A stretch of DNA of 63,844 bases, the filler included, from Octopus bimaculoides (lineage: Eukaryota), in NCBI RefSeq assembly GCF_001194135.2. It is 8 parts of 7 records of this genome, joined end to end, with 100 filler letters (N's around TTAATTAATTAA, not from the genome) between each part and the next. Parts side by side here need not be neighbours in the genome. Positions count along the whole stretch, not along the records: positions 1 to 13,500 come from NC_068981.1; 7 more parts are not named here. The stretch is one strand, 5' to 3'. Shown here in pieces: positions 1 to 12,416 of this stretch. The translations under genes were made by a program, and so were the position numbers. Below the pieces are notes generated by a model. It searched no databases and had not been told where the DNA came from. It saw only the letters and a list, made by a program, of their open reading frames with translations. Each line of letters opens with the position of its first letter. The first letter of the stretch is position 1.

Positions 1-368
1 CCCGTCAAAGCCCTCTTTACTAACGTGCTAATCCGGTCTCTGAAAACCTGTCTCGACGGGAAAGACGCGTTTAGTTTCCAGTAACCGGGACCCTGCCTAT
101 GTGCCTTATCTAAGTCTAGCGTACACGTCACAAGTTTGTGATCCGTGTAGCTGACTATGTGGAACTGTGGACATCCTAAACTATCTCTATCTCTTGTCCT
201 ACACACTATCCTATCTAGATACGATCTCGACGACCCAATGCGGTTGCTCCAAGTCCACGTTGGCACATTTGGGTGGTCGAGTCGGTACCTGTCAGACAAC
301 TGGAAGCGTCTGAGCAGGTCTATGAGGCCTTTGCATCCCCTTCTAGTTTTGTCACTCCCCACGTAGTC
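1..368 (-). mobile_element. L1/Tx1-clade LINE ORF2 fragment (end of APE endonuclease and linker)
   Basis: My translation gives a stop-free minus frame: ...HPNVPTWTWSNRIGSSRSYLDRIVC...SYTDHKLV...GPGYWKLNAS... The LDR, DH and GYWKLN motifs are typical of L1/Tx1 ORF2. The ORF track misses it because it has no start codon. Confidence 0.85.
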
Positions 369-1732
369 TAGATGCGTAGATAGATAGATAGATAGATAGA
401 TATAGGTATGCATGAAATGTAACTATCTTTAGATTATTTTAGCACTGTAACAGATGCACGTTATCTTCATTTCAATACTGCCGAGGCTTTTTCTTTCGTT
501 CATGCAAAGAGATTACTTTACCTCTCTGTATATGAGATGATTATTAAACGTAAATGTATGTATGTGGATATGTGGATATATGTGTGTGTGTTTGTGCGCG
601 CGTTCATTTACTTACTTTAATTTGTGACTTCGTCTTTTTTTTTAAAAGCATTAATCAAATTGTTCAACGACTTTTTGTGTAACATTATACTTGTAAAATT
701 ATATATAGGAACAAGGCTGATCTTCCGTGTATGTATGTGTGTGTGTTGTGTGTGTGTGCGTGTGCGTGGTTGTGCTTGTATGGATGTGAGTATATTTGTG
801 TATGTGTGAAGTTGTATGTTTATACGTGCGTGTCTGCGTATTCATATGTGTGTGAGGATGTAAAATGTGGGAGGGGATGTAAAATTGCACTAAAAACAAA
901 ATACGTAATATCTAAAAATTCTTGAGTTTTATGGAGGAGAGAATGAAAATAATGTTAAAATCTTCTCTGTAGCAATCAGGATTTATTGTTATAATTTAAT
1001 TACTGTAGTCACAACTTGAGTATAAATCTCTTTTTAATTATGATTACTTCATTACCTTTTAATCTTTTCCCTTTTTCTTTCTTTTCTCTCTCCCCCTCTC
1101 TCTTTTTCTCTTTCTGTCTCTCTCTCACTCTTTCCTTTTTTTTTGTTTTTTGGAGCGGTAGTTAAATTGTGCTTGGTCTCTATACATTATTTGCTTCATA
1201 ACTCCCATTGTCGGAAAGAAACATTTGTCACCTTCCAGAAATTAAATGATTATTTCACCTCGTGATGAAGGTCGTAGCTTCAGGAGCGTCAAACAAATAC
1301 TAAAAATATAAGAAAAATAAAAGAAGAAACTCGCATTTTATTAACCACACAGCATGAAACTGGCCGCCAATAGCAAGAAAGGCCTGCGGCTATAAAACAG
1401 TCCGACAAAGAACATACTCTGGATTCAAGCGATAAGAGACAGCCCACAAAACAAAACTTTAGTGACAAGAAGCAAAGAAACACATCCCTATCAAAGAATT
1501 TTCACTACAAGTGGCAAGTGAAAATATTTAAACACATTACTAGAAAGCAATGAAACGATAAAAAAAAAAGTTGTCGTTTGAGTTTAAAGTGGGTGGAAAG
1601 CATCTTGTACGTTAGATGCCAGCACGGCCATGTGTTTTAGAAGTTCGCTTTATAACTACGTGGTTTTGATTTCAAATGTGTACTCATAAATTTCGTATGT
1701 GTGTCTTTTTGTGTGATTTTATTCTTCACTCC

Positions 1733-2121
1733 GTGGAGGCACAATGGCCCAGTGGTTAGGGCAGCAGACTCGCGGTCATAGGATCGCGATTTCGATTCCC
1801 AGACCAGGCGTTATCAGTGTTTATTGAGCGAAAACACCTAAAGCTTCACGAGGCTCCGGCAGGGGATGGTTGCGAACCCTGCTGTACTCTTTCACCACAA
1901 CTTCCTCTCACTCTTACTTCCTGTTTCTGTTGTGCCTGTAATTCAAAGGGTCAGCCTTGTCACACTGTGTCACGCTGAATATCCCCGAGAACTACGTTAA
2001 GGGTACTCGTGTCTGTGGAGTGCTCAGCCACTTGCACGTTAATTTCACGAGCAGGCTGTTCCATTGATCGGATCAACTGGAACCCTCGACGTCGTAAGCG
2101 ACGGAGTGCCAACAACAACAA
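1733..2121 (+). mobile_element. tRNA-derived SINE, family A, full length
   Basis: A box (TGGCCCAGTGG), B box (TTCGATTCCC) and a (CAA)n tail; near-identical copies at 2465, 51671 and 63546. Confidence 0.9.
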
Positions 2122-2129
2122 CATTCTTC

Positions 2130-2300
2130 ACTCCACTGTTAGAAACTGGTGTTGTTTGTGTACATCCATGTAAGTTAGTGGTTCGGCGAAAAATACTGGT
2201 GAAGTAAGCATCAGACTTTAAATATAAAGCTAAGTATTGGAGTAGATTTTTTTAACTCTTCATGGCAGTGCACCAGCATGGCCGTAGTCCAATGACTGAA
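2130..2300 (+). mobile_element. Degenerate 3' half of SINE family B
   Basis: CCAGCATGGCCGTAGTCCAATGACTGAAAAAAGTAAAA matches the tail of the copies at 9443 and 46503. Confidence 0.6.
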
Positions 2301-2464
2301 AAAAGTAAAAATTACAAGCTATTGTTCTCTCCATTCATGAATAAAGAAGAGCTTCTCTTCTTTGATACGTCAAATAGTTGTCTGAAAAGAACGTATGAAA
2401 AATTCAAGGAAGAGTGTTTACCAAAAATAAGAAGGTTTAATGCTTCAGTTATTAAAGTCTCGAA

Positions 2465-2830
2465 GTTGTTGGCACTCCGTCGATTACGACGTCGAGGGTT
2501 CCGGTTGATCCGATCAACGGAACAGCCTGCTCGTGAAATTAACGTGCAAGTGGCTGAGCACTCCACACACACGTGTACCCTTAACGTAGTTCTCGGGGAT
2601 ATTCAGCGTGACACAGTGTGACAAGGCTGACCCTTTGAATTACAGGTACAACAGAAACAGGAAGTAAAAGTGAGAGAAAGTTGTGGTGAGAGAGTACAGC
2701 AGGGTTCACCACCATCCCCTGCCGGAGCCTCGTGGAGCTTTAGGTGTTTTCGCTCAATAAACACTCACAACGCCCGGTCTGGGAATCGAAACCGCGATTT
2801 TATGACCGCGAATCCGCTGCCCTAACCACT
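2465..2830 (-). mobile_element. SINE family A, inverted relative to the 1733 copy
   Basis: Reverse complement aligns almost end to end with 1733-2121. Confidence 0.9.
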
Positions 2831-2888
2831 CATTCTCCATAAGGAAATATTCACAGCAAGATATCTCGTAGAAGAAATATTACGAATA

Positions 2889-3219
2889 CAGGCATACCTC
2901 AATTTGCATCGTTTCGAGTTACGTTTGTTTGTTTCGATTTTACGTCGTATTTTTGTTTTTAATGTTTTTTTAGGCATTTAATCTATCCGATCTCAGCGAA
3001 CATATTTAAAAGCATTAAAGAAATTATAAATCATCTAAAAAACGATTCTGAAGTGAAAACAAAAATTAAAGTACGGGTGTAAATATGCACAAACCACTTA
3101 TTAAGACATATACATAAACTACTAAGTTCTTTAAAAAAATTTTTTTTAGTATGTTACGTCGTTTTTGAAGTTGCCATACGACTTGGAACCAAATACCGGA
3201 GAAAATCGAGGCATGACTG
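2889..3219. mobile_element. pogo/Tigger-like MITE
   Basis: Imperfect TIRs CAGGCATACCTCAATTT and AAAATCGAGGCATGACTG, with TA on both flanks. Confidence 0.7.
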
Positions 3220-3373
3220 TATATAATTTGTCAGTTATTTATCAGTATACTCAGGTTGGACTGGCAATATACCCATTGTTCTGATAAATCTCCCTGCTTG
3301 TTTCCCAAATTAAGCAAAAGGTTTCTCCGTGAGTTTGAAATTGAAATGATGTCTTGACTTGAATAATTTCCAG

Positions 3374-3475
3374 GTGTAACGCTGCTGAGCATCTGTTTTG
3401 GATATCCATCATTCGACGATGAGAATTTAGTTCTTCCAGCTAGGGAATTGTTCGCTCCAGAATTAAAGGATAACT
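3374..3475 (+). CDS. Weak candidate coding exon (GVTLLSICFGYPSFDDENLVLPARELFAPELKDN)
   Basis: TTTCCAG| acceptor, 102-nt open phase 1-1 frame and |GTGAGA donor. The donor overlaps the end of a mariner remnant. Confidence 0.2.
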
Positions 3476-3725
3476 GTGAGAGAGCGCTAAAAAGTTCCTG
3501 GTTTTAAGGGTCTCGCGAAAAGCCTAGTTAGAGGCCCCAACCTTCTGAGTTCTTTTACCGAGCGAAGAAAAACTGAAAGGCCGCTGCAATAAGTGTGTGA
3601 ATCTAAGAGGAGAATATGTTGAATTAAATCGTAATTAAATGATCTTCCTGTATGGACTATAAAACATTACATTTGCTCCAGTTACCCTATAGTGAGATCG
3701 TTTATTCAACAATGCTGGACCTCAC
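3476..3725 (+). mobile_element. Non-autonomous mariner remnant
   Basis: TIR-like GAGAGCGCTAAAAAGTTCCTGG; AAGTGTGTGAATCTAAGAGGAGAATATGTTGAA resembles the mariner C-terminal KCV..L.G.YVE. Confidence 0.45.
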
Positions 3726-3912
3726 GGACATATACTTGAAATCACTGATTCTCATCCAGTTTTATTTTTGACCTATGGACCTTGTTGATTCCTATTTTAC
3801 TGAGGTGAACCCTCATAGCAATTTGATGTTTTTAAAATTTTATTATATTTTCATAATTAAATAACATTAGGAATTGTATTAATTTTTTTTAATGTTTTGT
3901 GTATTGTAGAAG

Positions 3913-4240
3913 TTCTGCTGGCACTTGGTCGGGTGCGACGACCAGGGTCCCAGTTGATCCGAACAACGGAAAAGCCTGCTCATGAAATTAACACGTAAAT
4001 GTTGAGCACTCCACAGACATGTGTTCCCTTAGCGTAGTTCTCGGAAGATTCAGCGTGACACAGAATGCGACATGGCTGGCCGTTTGAAATATAGGTACAA
4101 TTCATTTTTGCCAGTTTAGCGGTCTGGAGCAATGTGAAATAAAGTGTCTTCCTCAAGGACCCAACGCGTCGCCGGGAATTGAACTCAAAACCTTACGATC
4201 GTGAGCCGAATACCCTAACCACTAAGCCACCGGCCTTCAC
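3913..4240 (-). mobile_element. SINE with a different tRNA/CORE-like head and a family-A 3' half
   Basis: The 3' half aligns to family A. The head has A and B boxes followed by GTCCTTGAGGAAGACACTTTATTTCAC, which is CORE-like. Confidence 0.75.
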
Positions 4241-4293
4241 ATTGTAGAAGTATAACCAATTTAGTGCACATAAATGTTAACAAAGAATCTTCT

Positions 4294-4372
4294 ATGGATG
4301 CTCAAGGGCTACACGGAGCCCAAGGGTCACACGGAGTCCAAGGGTCACACGGACCCCAGTGGAGAACCACTA
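4294..4372. repeat. Three tandem 18-bp units (CAAGGGTCACACGGAGTC) ending in a hAT-like terminus
   Basis: Tandem units are directly visible; the minus strand reads TAGTGGTTCTCCA at the end. Confidence 0.45.
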
Positions 4373-4454
4373 TACTAAATCATTAAATCGAAGATTGTTT
4401 TGGGAGAACAATTACTTTAAAATGTAAGAAAAATGTACATATTAAAGCAGGTAA

Positions 4455-4668
4455 TATTGATTTCAAATCTTGTCACAAGGCCAGCAAGCTCGGATGAGTG
4501 GGGGTAAGTCGTTTACATCGACCCCAGTACTAAGCTGGTATTTATTTTATCGATTCCGAAAGAATGAAAGGTAAAGTCGACCTCGGAAGAATTTGAACTC
4601 AGAACGTAAAGAAGGACGATATGCCACAAAGCATTTCACCTGTTATCCTAACAATTCTGCCTGCTCAC
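4455..4668 (-). mobile_element. SINE family C
   Basis: Reverse complement matches the 36065-type copies (GTTCTGAGTTCAAATT...GGGGTCGAT). Confidence 0.8.
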
Positions 4669-4699
4669 CATCTTAAAAAACAAACAATATTCAAAGAGT

Positions 4700-5125
4700 T
4701 TAGAGCATCGCCGGGAAAAATGCATTTCGTCCGTATTTACGTTCTGAGTTCAAATTCCGCTGAGGTCGATATTGCCTTTCATCATTCAGGGTTTGATAAA
4801 ATAAATACCAGTTGAACACAGGAGTCGAGGTAATCGACTTACTCCCTTCCCCAAATTAACTGACCTTGTAGGAAAATTTGAGACGAATATTAAATGAGTT
4901 TCTAAGGCGGCAAGCTGACAGAATCATTAGCACGCCGGGCGAAATGCTTAGCAGCATTTCGTCCGGTTTTACGTTCTGAGCTCAAATTCCGCCGAGGTCA
5001 CTTATTACCCTTCATCCTTTCAGGGCCGATAAATTAAGTACCAGTTGAACACTTGAGCCTATGTAATCGACTTAACACTCCCACGAAATAGCTGGGCTTG
5101 TGTCAAAATGTGAAACAAATATTAA
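4700..5125 (+). mobile_element. Two tandem SINE family C copies (4700-4890, 4905-5125)
   Basis: The TTACGTTCTGAG..CAAATTCCGC.GAGGTC core and GATAAA.TAA.TACCAGTTGAACAC module each occur twice. Confidence 0.8.
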
Positions 5126-5369
5126 AAGAGTTTCTCCCAGGATTCTGAAAATTTATAAGAGTACAAAAGCAGAAGCTTATTATTGCAAGATCGTTTAAAA
5201 TACGGAGAAGTTATAATTCAGCAGTATGTAAATACTAAAGATAAGAAACAGAATCCTTTTAAGTACAGGAACATAATTCCTTTAAAATCAGTAAGTTTAG
5301 AAGTAAAACCATTTCACTTTTATTTGGGGGCTTGAAAAGTAATATACACCAATATATATGTGCGGGCGT

Positions 5370-5393
5370 GTGTATGTATGTATGTATGTATGT

Positions 5394-5458
<65 letters not shown>

Positions 5459-5509
5459 CAGATAGATAGATAGACAGATTGATAGATATTTTTATGTGTA
5501 TATATATAT
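5370..5509. repeat. (TATG)n/(GATA)n microsatellites next to a gap
   Basis: Directly visible. Confidence 0.9.
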
Positions 5510-6280
5510 NNNNNNNNNNNNNNNNNNNNNNNNNNNNNNNNNNNNNNNNNNNNNNNNNNNNNNNNNNNNNNNNNNNNNNNNNNNNNNNNNNNNNNNNNNN
5601 NNNNNNNNNNNNNNNNNNNNNNNNNNNNNNNNNNNNNNNNNNNNNNNNNNNNNNNNNNNNNNNNNNNNNNNNNNNNNNNNNNNNNNNNNNNNNNNNNNNN
5701 NNNNNNNNNNNNNNNNNNNNNNNNNNNNNNNNNNNNNNNNNNNNNNNNNNNNNNNNNNNNNNNNNNNNNNNNNNNNNNNNNNNNNNNNNNNNNNNNNNNN
5801 NNNNNNNNNNNNNNNNNNNNNNNNNNNNNNNNNNNNNNNNNNNNNNNNNNNNNNNNNNNNNNNNNNNNNNNNNNNNNNNNNNNNNNNNNNNNNNNNNNNN
5901 NNNNNNNNNNNNNNNNNNNNNNNNNNNNNNNNNNNNNNNNNNNNNNNNNNNNNNNNNNNNNNNNNNNNNNNNNNNNNNNNNNNNNNNNNNNNNNNNNNNN
6001 NNNNNNNNNNNNNNNNNNNNNNNNNNNNNNNNNNNNNNNNNNNNNNNNNNNNNNNNNNNNNNNNNNNNNNNNNNNNNNNNNNNNNNNNNNNNNNNNNNNN
6101 NNNNNNNNNNNNNNNNNNNNNNNNNNNNNNNNNNNNNNNNNNNNNNNNNNNNNNNNNNNNNNNNNNNNNNNNNNNNNNNNNNNNNNNNNNNNNNNNNNNN
6201 NNNNNNNNNNNNNNNNNNNNNNNNNNNNNNNNNNNNNNNNNNNNNNNNNNNNNNNNNNNNNNNNNNNNNNNNNNNNNNNN

Positions 6281-6314
<34 letters not shown>

Positions 6315-8679
6315 GTATAGATTGATAGATAGATATACAATAACATATATATATATACACACACACACCAACATACGGCTACGCGCAAGCACATGCGCGC
6401 ACGCTCACACCCACAGAGGATCTTCCAAGTTTTTCTTATGATAACATCGTCATGTGACTAGTTGAATCACGACACCTGAATTTTCTAGACACACTTTCCA
6501 ATTTAGAAATACGAGTCAATTATATTACTGCATTACAGAACGTGTGTGACTTGTTAAGCAGAAATATTTACTCGAGAATCCAATTTCAGTGACACTCTCT
6601 GACGATTTCTTGTATAGATATCACGTCTCTAACATAACAAATGCCGAGTCCCAAATTACTCTAGTTTCCTCTCCTGGTTATGAATACCTACAACATCAGT
6701 TCTAAACGTCTAATAACTCTTTAGAAACTGAAGTGATGCTCACTATGGAATATTGCTCTCACATTTGTGACGTTATTGCTAATACACCTGTCATCATCTT
6801 AATCCACGTTCAGAATGTCTACCAGATTAATAGCCACGGCGTCGTTCACCAACACGCTTCATACTCTGGTTAACGGACGGACTGTTACGTTGCTTTTCTT
6901 ACTGCTACTGTAGGGATTTCTGTTACTGAGTTATCTGTTCTCGTATCATCTTCAACTATTCCCATTCGATTCATTTGTCTTTATATCTGTCGTTATTGTC
7001 ATCACATGTCTATTTATTTTAGTTACTGCTACAACCATCCTTGCTCTCCAGAAGATATTCTTTCTGTAAATGTTAGCCGGCTTATTCTTGTACTGAAGTC
7101 GTTAAAGATTAACTTCAAATACAACTACGCTATTAGTCTTGGAAAGACCGTGAAAGCCATGAGTACAGAGCCTCTCTTGAGACTAAACAATTTGAAAAAT
7201 GAAGAAAGGAATTCAAAAGTGATTGATATACTAGTCAGGAAAACGATTGGGTTAAGTTATTGTTTAACTGCTAGAAGATTATAGGTTCTAAATGACTTTA
7301 ATTATAAGTTTCGATCTCGCACGCCAGTGTAAATCGGGCCAGCAACATCTCTTATGCGCGGATCATTAATTAAATACCAATCTTAATTAGATACCAATCC
7401 CATGAGGCTCATTGCGAAGCATCATGAACAAGTCAAATGTATAAATGTATGTTACTTATCGTTAGGCACATGCAAACTCTGAATGAAGACAGTGCTGATC
7501 ATCGAAATAAATTCTTCCAGAAAATATTAGTTTCTTTCCATATGATTCGCTTTTTCTTAATCGTGCTGCTTGGTCAAATTACACAGCCTTTCTTGAACGG
7601 TGTCATCAAAAAAACGCAATTATATGTAATAATGCTGTCGAAAATTTCATTTGAAATTTTAAAGAAAGGTGGTGTGTTTAGGTTGAAATACATATTTCAG
7701 ATGTAATCGAAGGTTTATATTTTGCTAGCAAATGCCCTGGAAGGGACTCCGTTGGTCAAGGTTGAGTATTCATCTATACATATATGCGTAAGTTTGGGAC
7801 AGATTTATTCTAAGGCAGGCAGTTACCTATGTGTAAAAGTCTCCTCTTTGCTCCCACTCATACTTCCCAAGAGAAGGGACTCCAACTTGGTCCAATACAG
7901 TTTACGCCAATCGGAAGGCAAATAACCGAAACAGAAAATTCAGGACAACTCCCCTGACCTTCTAACAGTTCCACCAGTCCATTACCCTTGACTGATATTT
8001 TTCTTATCCACCCTCAAAAGATGAAAAGCAAAACTGACTTTTGCGGGGTTTGAACTTGGAACGCAGAAAGTCAGAAGAACTACTGTGAGGTATTCTATCC
8101 AACTTTCTAACGATTTCCTACTCCGTTGTCTTTGACTGTTATTTCTGATGTTAAATGATAATTCCTCTCCAATTATTATATCATCTGACAGTGACTGCTA
8201 TATTTTCAGCAAAAAGGAGTCAAGTCTCATATTGTCAACATCACAAGACCAGCATTTAACTAACCCCTATATATGAAGCTGATGAACAGTTCGTAAGTAG
8301 ACTCTAAGACCTCCTGACACGACTAGTCCTGATTTATTCTGAAAGATATATTTCCCAAATAATATCTTCCAACGCAACTACACTATCATCCAGGAATTAC
8401 GAGCTGCAATCAATAATTCGTTAAACTCACGACTGATTTATGTCTCAAAGTCTCCCAATCGGTACTTAAGAGATTAGAAGCCCTTTAGCGCTAGTGAGAT
8501 CATAATTTAAATATTTGATTTAAATATAGCCATTTTGATTTTTTAACTCAATAAATGTTACAGTAGTGTTATTATGATTTAAGCTGGTTTAAATTATGGC
8601 ATATGTATGTGTATATATGTGTGTATGTGTGTATTTGTGCTTGTGTTTATGTGTGTCAGTATGCGTATATATATGCATA

Positions 8680-8714
<35 letters not shown>

Positions 8715-9080
8715 NNNNNNNNNNNNNNNNNNNNNNNNNNNNNNNNNNNNNNNNNNNNTATATATACAGATAGATAGATAGATAGATAGATAGATGAAAA
8801 CAGCTAAAGCAATGTTATATGTGCGTGCACGCATACAAACATGTATATTCATAAGCATGCATATACGTAAGCATGTGTGTGTTTATGTTTTACGGCATGA
8901 AAATTGATAATGTGTTAAAGAGAAAAAGAACATAACTCAAAAGCTGACTAACATTGATCGATGACATAAACAGCAGATTGAAATAAGTCTTTGGGACGAT
9001 ATGACCGAGTAAAGACCTTAATGACATGATTCGCCAAGGCAAGGTGGAAGGTTAATAACTGAAACCATTCAAATAAGTTC

Positions 9081-9119
<39 letters not shown>

Positions 9120-9442
9120 GGTGCGTGCGTGTTCGTGTTTGTGTGTTTGTGCATTTGTGATGAGTGTGTGTAATCACGCATAGAGGGGTTAGTAAGTACT
9201 TAGCTACTAAAAAGGAAACAGTTGACCATTGGCATGTGCTTAGAATTTGGTAAAGGAAACCGTGTGGTAACCTATCCTACACACATACACACATACACAC
9301 GCGGACGCACGCGCACACACGCACGCGCACACACGCACGCGCACACACGCACACATGTATACTTACATATATGTGTAGGGAGGATGTGTGTTTGTGTTGT
9401 GTACATATATATATACGACGTATGTATGTATGTACGATATAT

Positions 9443-9847
9443 ATACTCTTTACTCTTTTACTCTTTTACTTGTTTCAGTCATTTGACTGTGGCCATGCTG
9501 GAGCACCACCTTTAGTCGGGCAAATCGACCCCAGGACTTATTCTTTGTAAGCCTAGTACTTATTCTATCGGTGTCTTTTTGCCGAACCGCTAAGTTACGG
9601 GACGTAAACACACCAGCATCGGTTGCCAAGCGATGTTGGGGGGACAAACACAGACACGCAAACATATACACACACATACATACATATACATATATACGAC
9701 AGGCTTCTTTCAGTTTCCGTCTACCAAATCCACTCACAAGGCTTTGGTCGGCCCGAGGCTATAGTAGAAGACACTTACCCAAGGTGCCACGCAGTGGGAC
9801 TGAACCCGGAACCATGTGGTTGGTAAGCAAGCTACTTACCACGATGT

Positions 9848-9934
<87 letters not shown>

Positions 9935-9953
9935 ACACAGCCACGCCTGCACC
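9443..9953 (-). mobile_element. SINE family B (CORE-like) with internal microsatellite; head split by a (TA)n array
   Basis: Head, ACCTTGGGTAAGTGTCTTCTACTATAGCC core, internal CA/TA repeat and GAGTAAAAGAGTAAAAGAG tail; TACCAC is duplicated around the TA array. Confidence 0.85.
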
Positions 9954-10040
9954 TATGTGTGTGTGTATACGTTCATATGTATATGTAGGTATATACATAG
10001 AAATATACATGTATGAAGACCTACGTCCAAACACAGGCAT

Positions 10041-10103
<63 letters not shown>

Positions 10104-11990
10104 CTGCATATATATTTGAGAAATGCAGATAGAGACCGTTTCTAAACTAGAATGCGGCAATTTTTGATGAGCCCACCATGAAATTAGCTTATTTTTCATT
10201 CACTCCATAAAAAATCTAACCAAATTGTTTGCGTTCCTTTTTCCTGAGAAACAGAAATGTTGACTGAAGGGTAAAGAAAACTTCAGAGAAAAAAAAGCAG
10301 ACTTGTACTGGAAGAACTCACCAAGTACGAATTAACGAACAGTACATAAGGGAAGAAAAGAAGAACGAACGCTATGAACTGTCTTTCAAGACGATTCCAA
10401 AGGTAAAAGAGAAACAGAAGAAACAAAGAAAGGAATACAGTAGACAAAGGAATAGATAGATAAACAGAGAATGAGAGAGAAAACGGATCCCAGTGATGAC
10501 TGAAACGTTATGGATGAAAGCTAAAATATGCAGAGAGCCGGAACTAATACATCAAAGCATTGTATGCGACACTCTAATGACTTCGTCAAATTCTTCTCGT
10601 AAAACTTGGCAGTAATGCTGGTCATTATAACTAACAGAGTGGTGGACGCGGTCAATGGAAAAATTTGTTTTCTATATTATTATTATTCAAAGTGTGAGTC
10701 GGTTGCAAGATTGACAAAGGTTAGGTTTGTAACCCATTCATATTTTAACGTAACTAAATATTTTGTATTGCAATTAGCGAATCGAAAGTTGGAAAATGCG
10801 CATATCTTGAGATGATAATTGTAAACGAATGATATTGATTTCTAGTCGGCGAACACATTTTTTTGTTATATTTAATGACTTGAGATAAATTCAACAATAT
10901 CGACCCTAGTAACTCACTTGTACTAATTTTATCGATTTCAGGAAGACTGTAAGGTGGGATTTGAACTCCGGCGGATTTTGAACTCAAAACCTAAGATACG
11001 CAACTACATATCGCATTACATTTCATTTACTGTTCTACTAATTCTACTCAATACAATGCTTTTGCAAACGAGTAATATTAAAAATATATTTCTGGCATTA
11101 TTTGAATGGAGAAAGAAAACTTGAAGACTGCCGATCTTGACATATTTCTTTTTTTAACGTCATATTCTTCAAGAAAAAGAAGCCAAGAATAATAAACTTA
11201 GGGATTTTTTCTTTCGCCATGTTCTAGACAATCTTTTTATAAGCTATAACTAATTCGTAATCTTCTTTGATTTCCTCATGGATTGTGTAAGTTTATTGTT
11301 TCTTCCATACAAACTTTCTCACAAACAAGAAACAACTATATTCACTCCATGCAATTTTTTTTCTTTCCCATTCCGTATCTTGAACAATGATGGAAAGGTC
11401 TTATTTATAGTTAATCTGTTGAGATCGAATATAACAACTGTTGATTATATTTTCCACCCTATTTCGGAATGGGTATCCAGCCTTTGATTCTATGTTTTAT
11501 AGTATTATGTCTTTGATTTATTGTTTACGTGTGTCACGTATTTGTGACATATGCACCAATCAGGAGCGGAGATTTCATGATAGAATAGATGTCACACAAA
11601 CCTTTAGAATTTAGACTACGTCTGCATAGAGAAATGAAATATTTGATTAACAGCATTCATTGGCATCGTAGGGCATATTTAAGGCACCAAGTTGTACGGA
11701 ACAAAGAGGAAAAGAAGAAAAAATTGCTACTTTATAGCAAGACTACATTTATGTTGACTATATTCTTTTTTTTTTTAGCAAATTCATTTAGATATTTTGT
11801 AATGCATTTCTGTTGTGATTCCCATGAGTCTCGTGAGACATGTCACAAATATACACGTATCTTCTACACATATAAACACAGACGAGTTAAAAAGCATATG
11901 GAATACATATATACATATACATACGACCATGCCTAATATATTCATTTACACGGATGCATTCAATTGCACAGACGGACATACATACATACA

Positions 11991-12042
<52 letters not shown>

Positions 12043-12416
12043 NNNNNNNNNNNNNNNNNNNNNNNNNNNNNNNNNNNNNNNNNNNNNNNNNNNNNNNNNN
12101 NNNNNNNNNNNNNNNNNNNNNNNNNNNNNNNNNNNNNNNNNNNNNNNNNNNNNNNNNNNNNNNNNNNNNNNNNNNNNNNNNNNNNNNNNNNNNNNNNNNN
12201 NNNNNNNNNNNNNNNNNNNNNNNNNNNNNNNNNNNNNNNNNNNNNNNNNNNNNNNNNNNNNNNNNNNNNNNNNNNNNNNNNNNNNNNNNNNNNNNNNNNN
12301 NNNNNNNNNNNNNNNNNNNNNNNNNNNNNNNNNNNNNNNNNNNNNNNNNNNNNNNNNNNNNNNNNNNNNNNNNNNNNNNNNNNNNNNNNNNNNNNNNNNN
12401 NNNNNNNNNNNNNNNN

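Noticed and set aside
1373-1552. Start-less open frame QERPAAIKQSDKEH...
   Set aside because: Weak splice sites; the A-rich composition explains the lack of stops.
1733-1810. tRNA gene-like A and B boxes
   Set aside because: They are SINE heads with no complete cloverleaf, so no tRNA gene is called.
5259-6441. Long ORFs containing X runs (also near 12 kb, 25 kb, 50 kb, 63 kb)
   Set aside because: They are open only because of N gaps and stop-free microsatellites.
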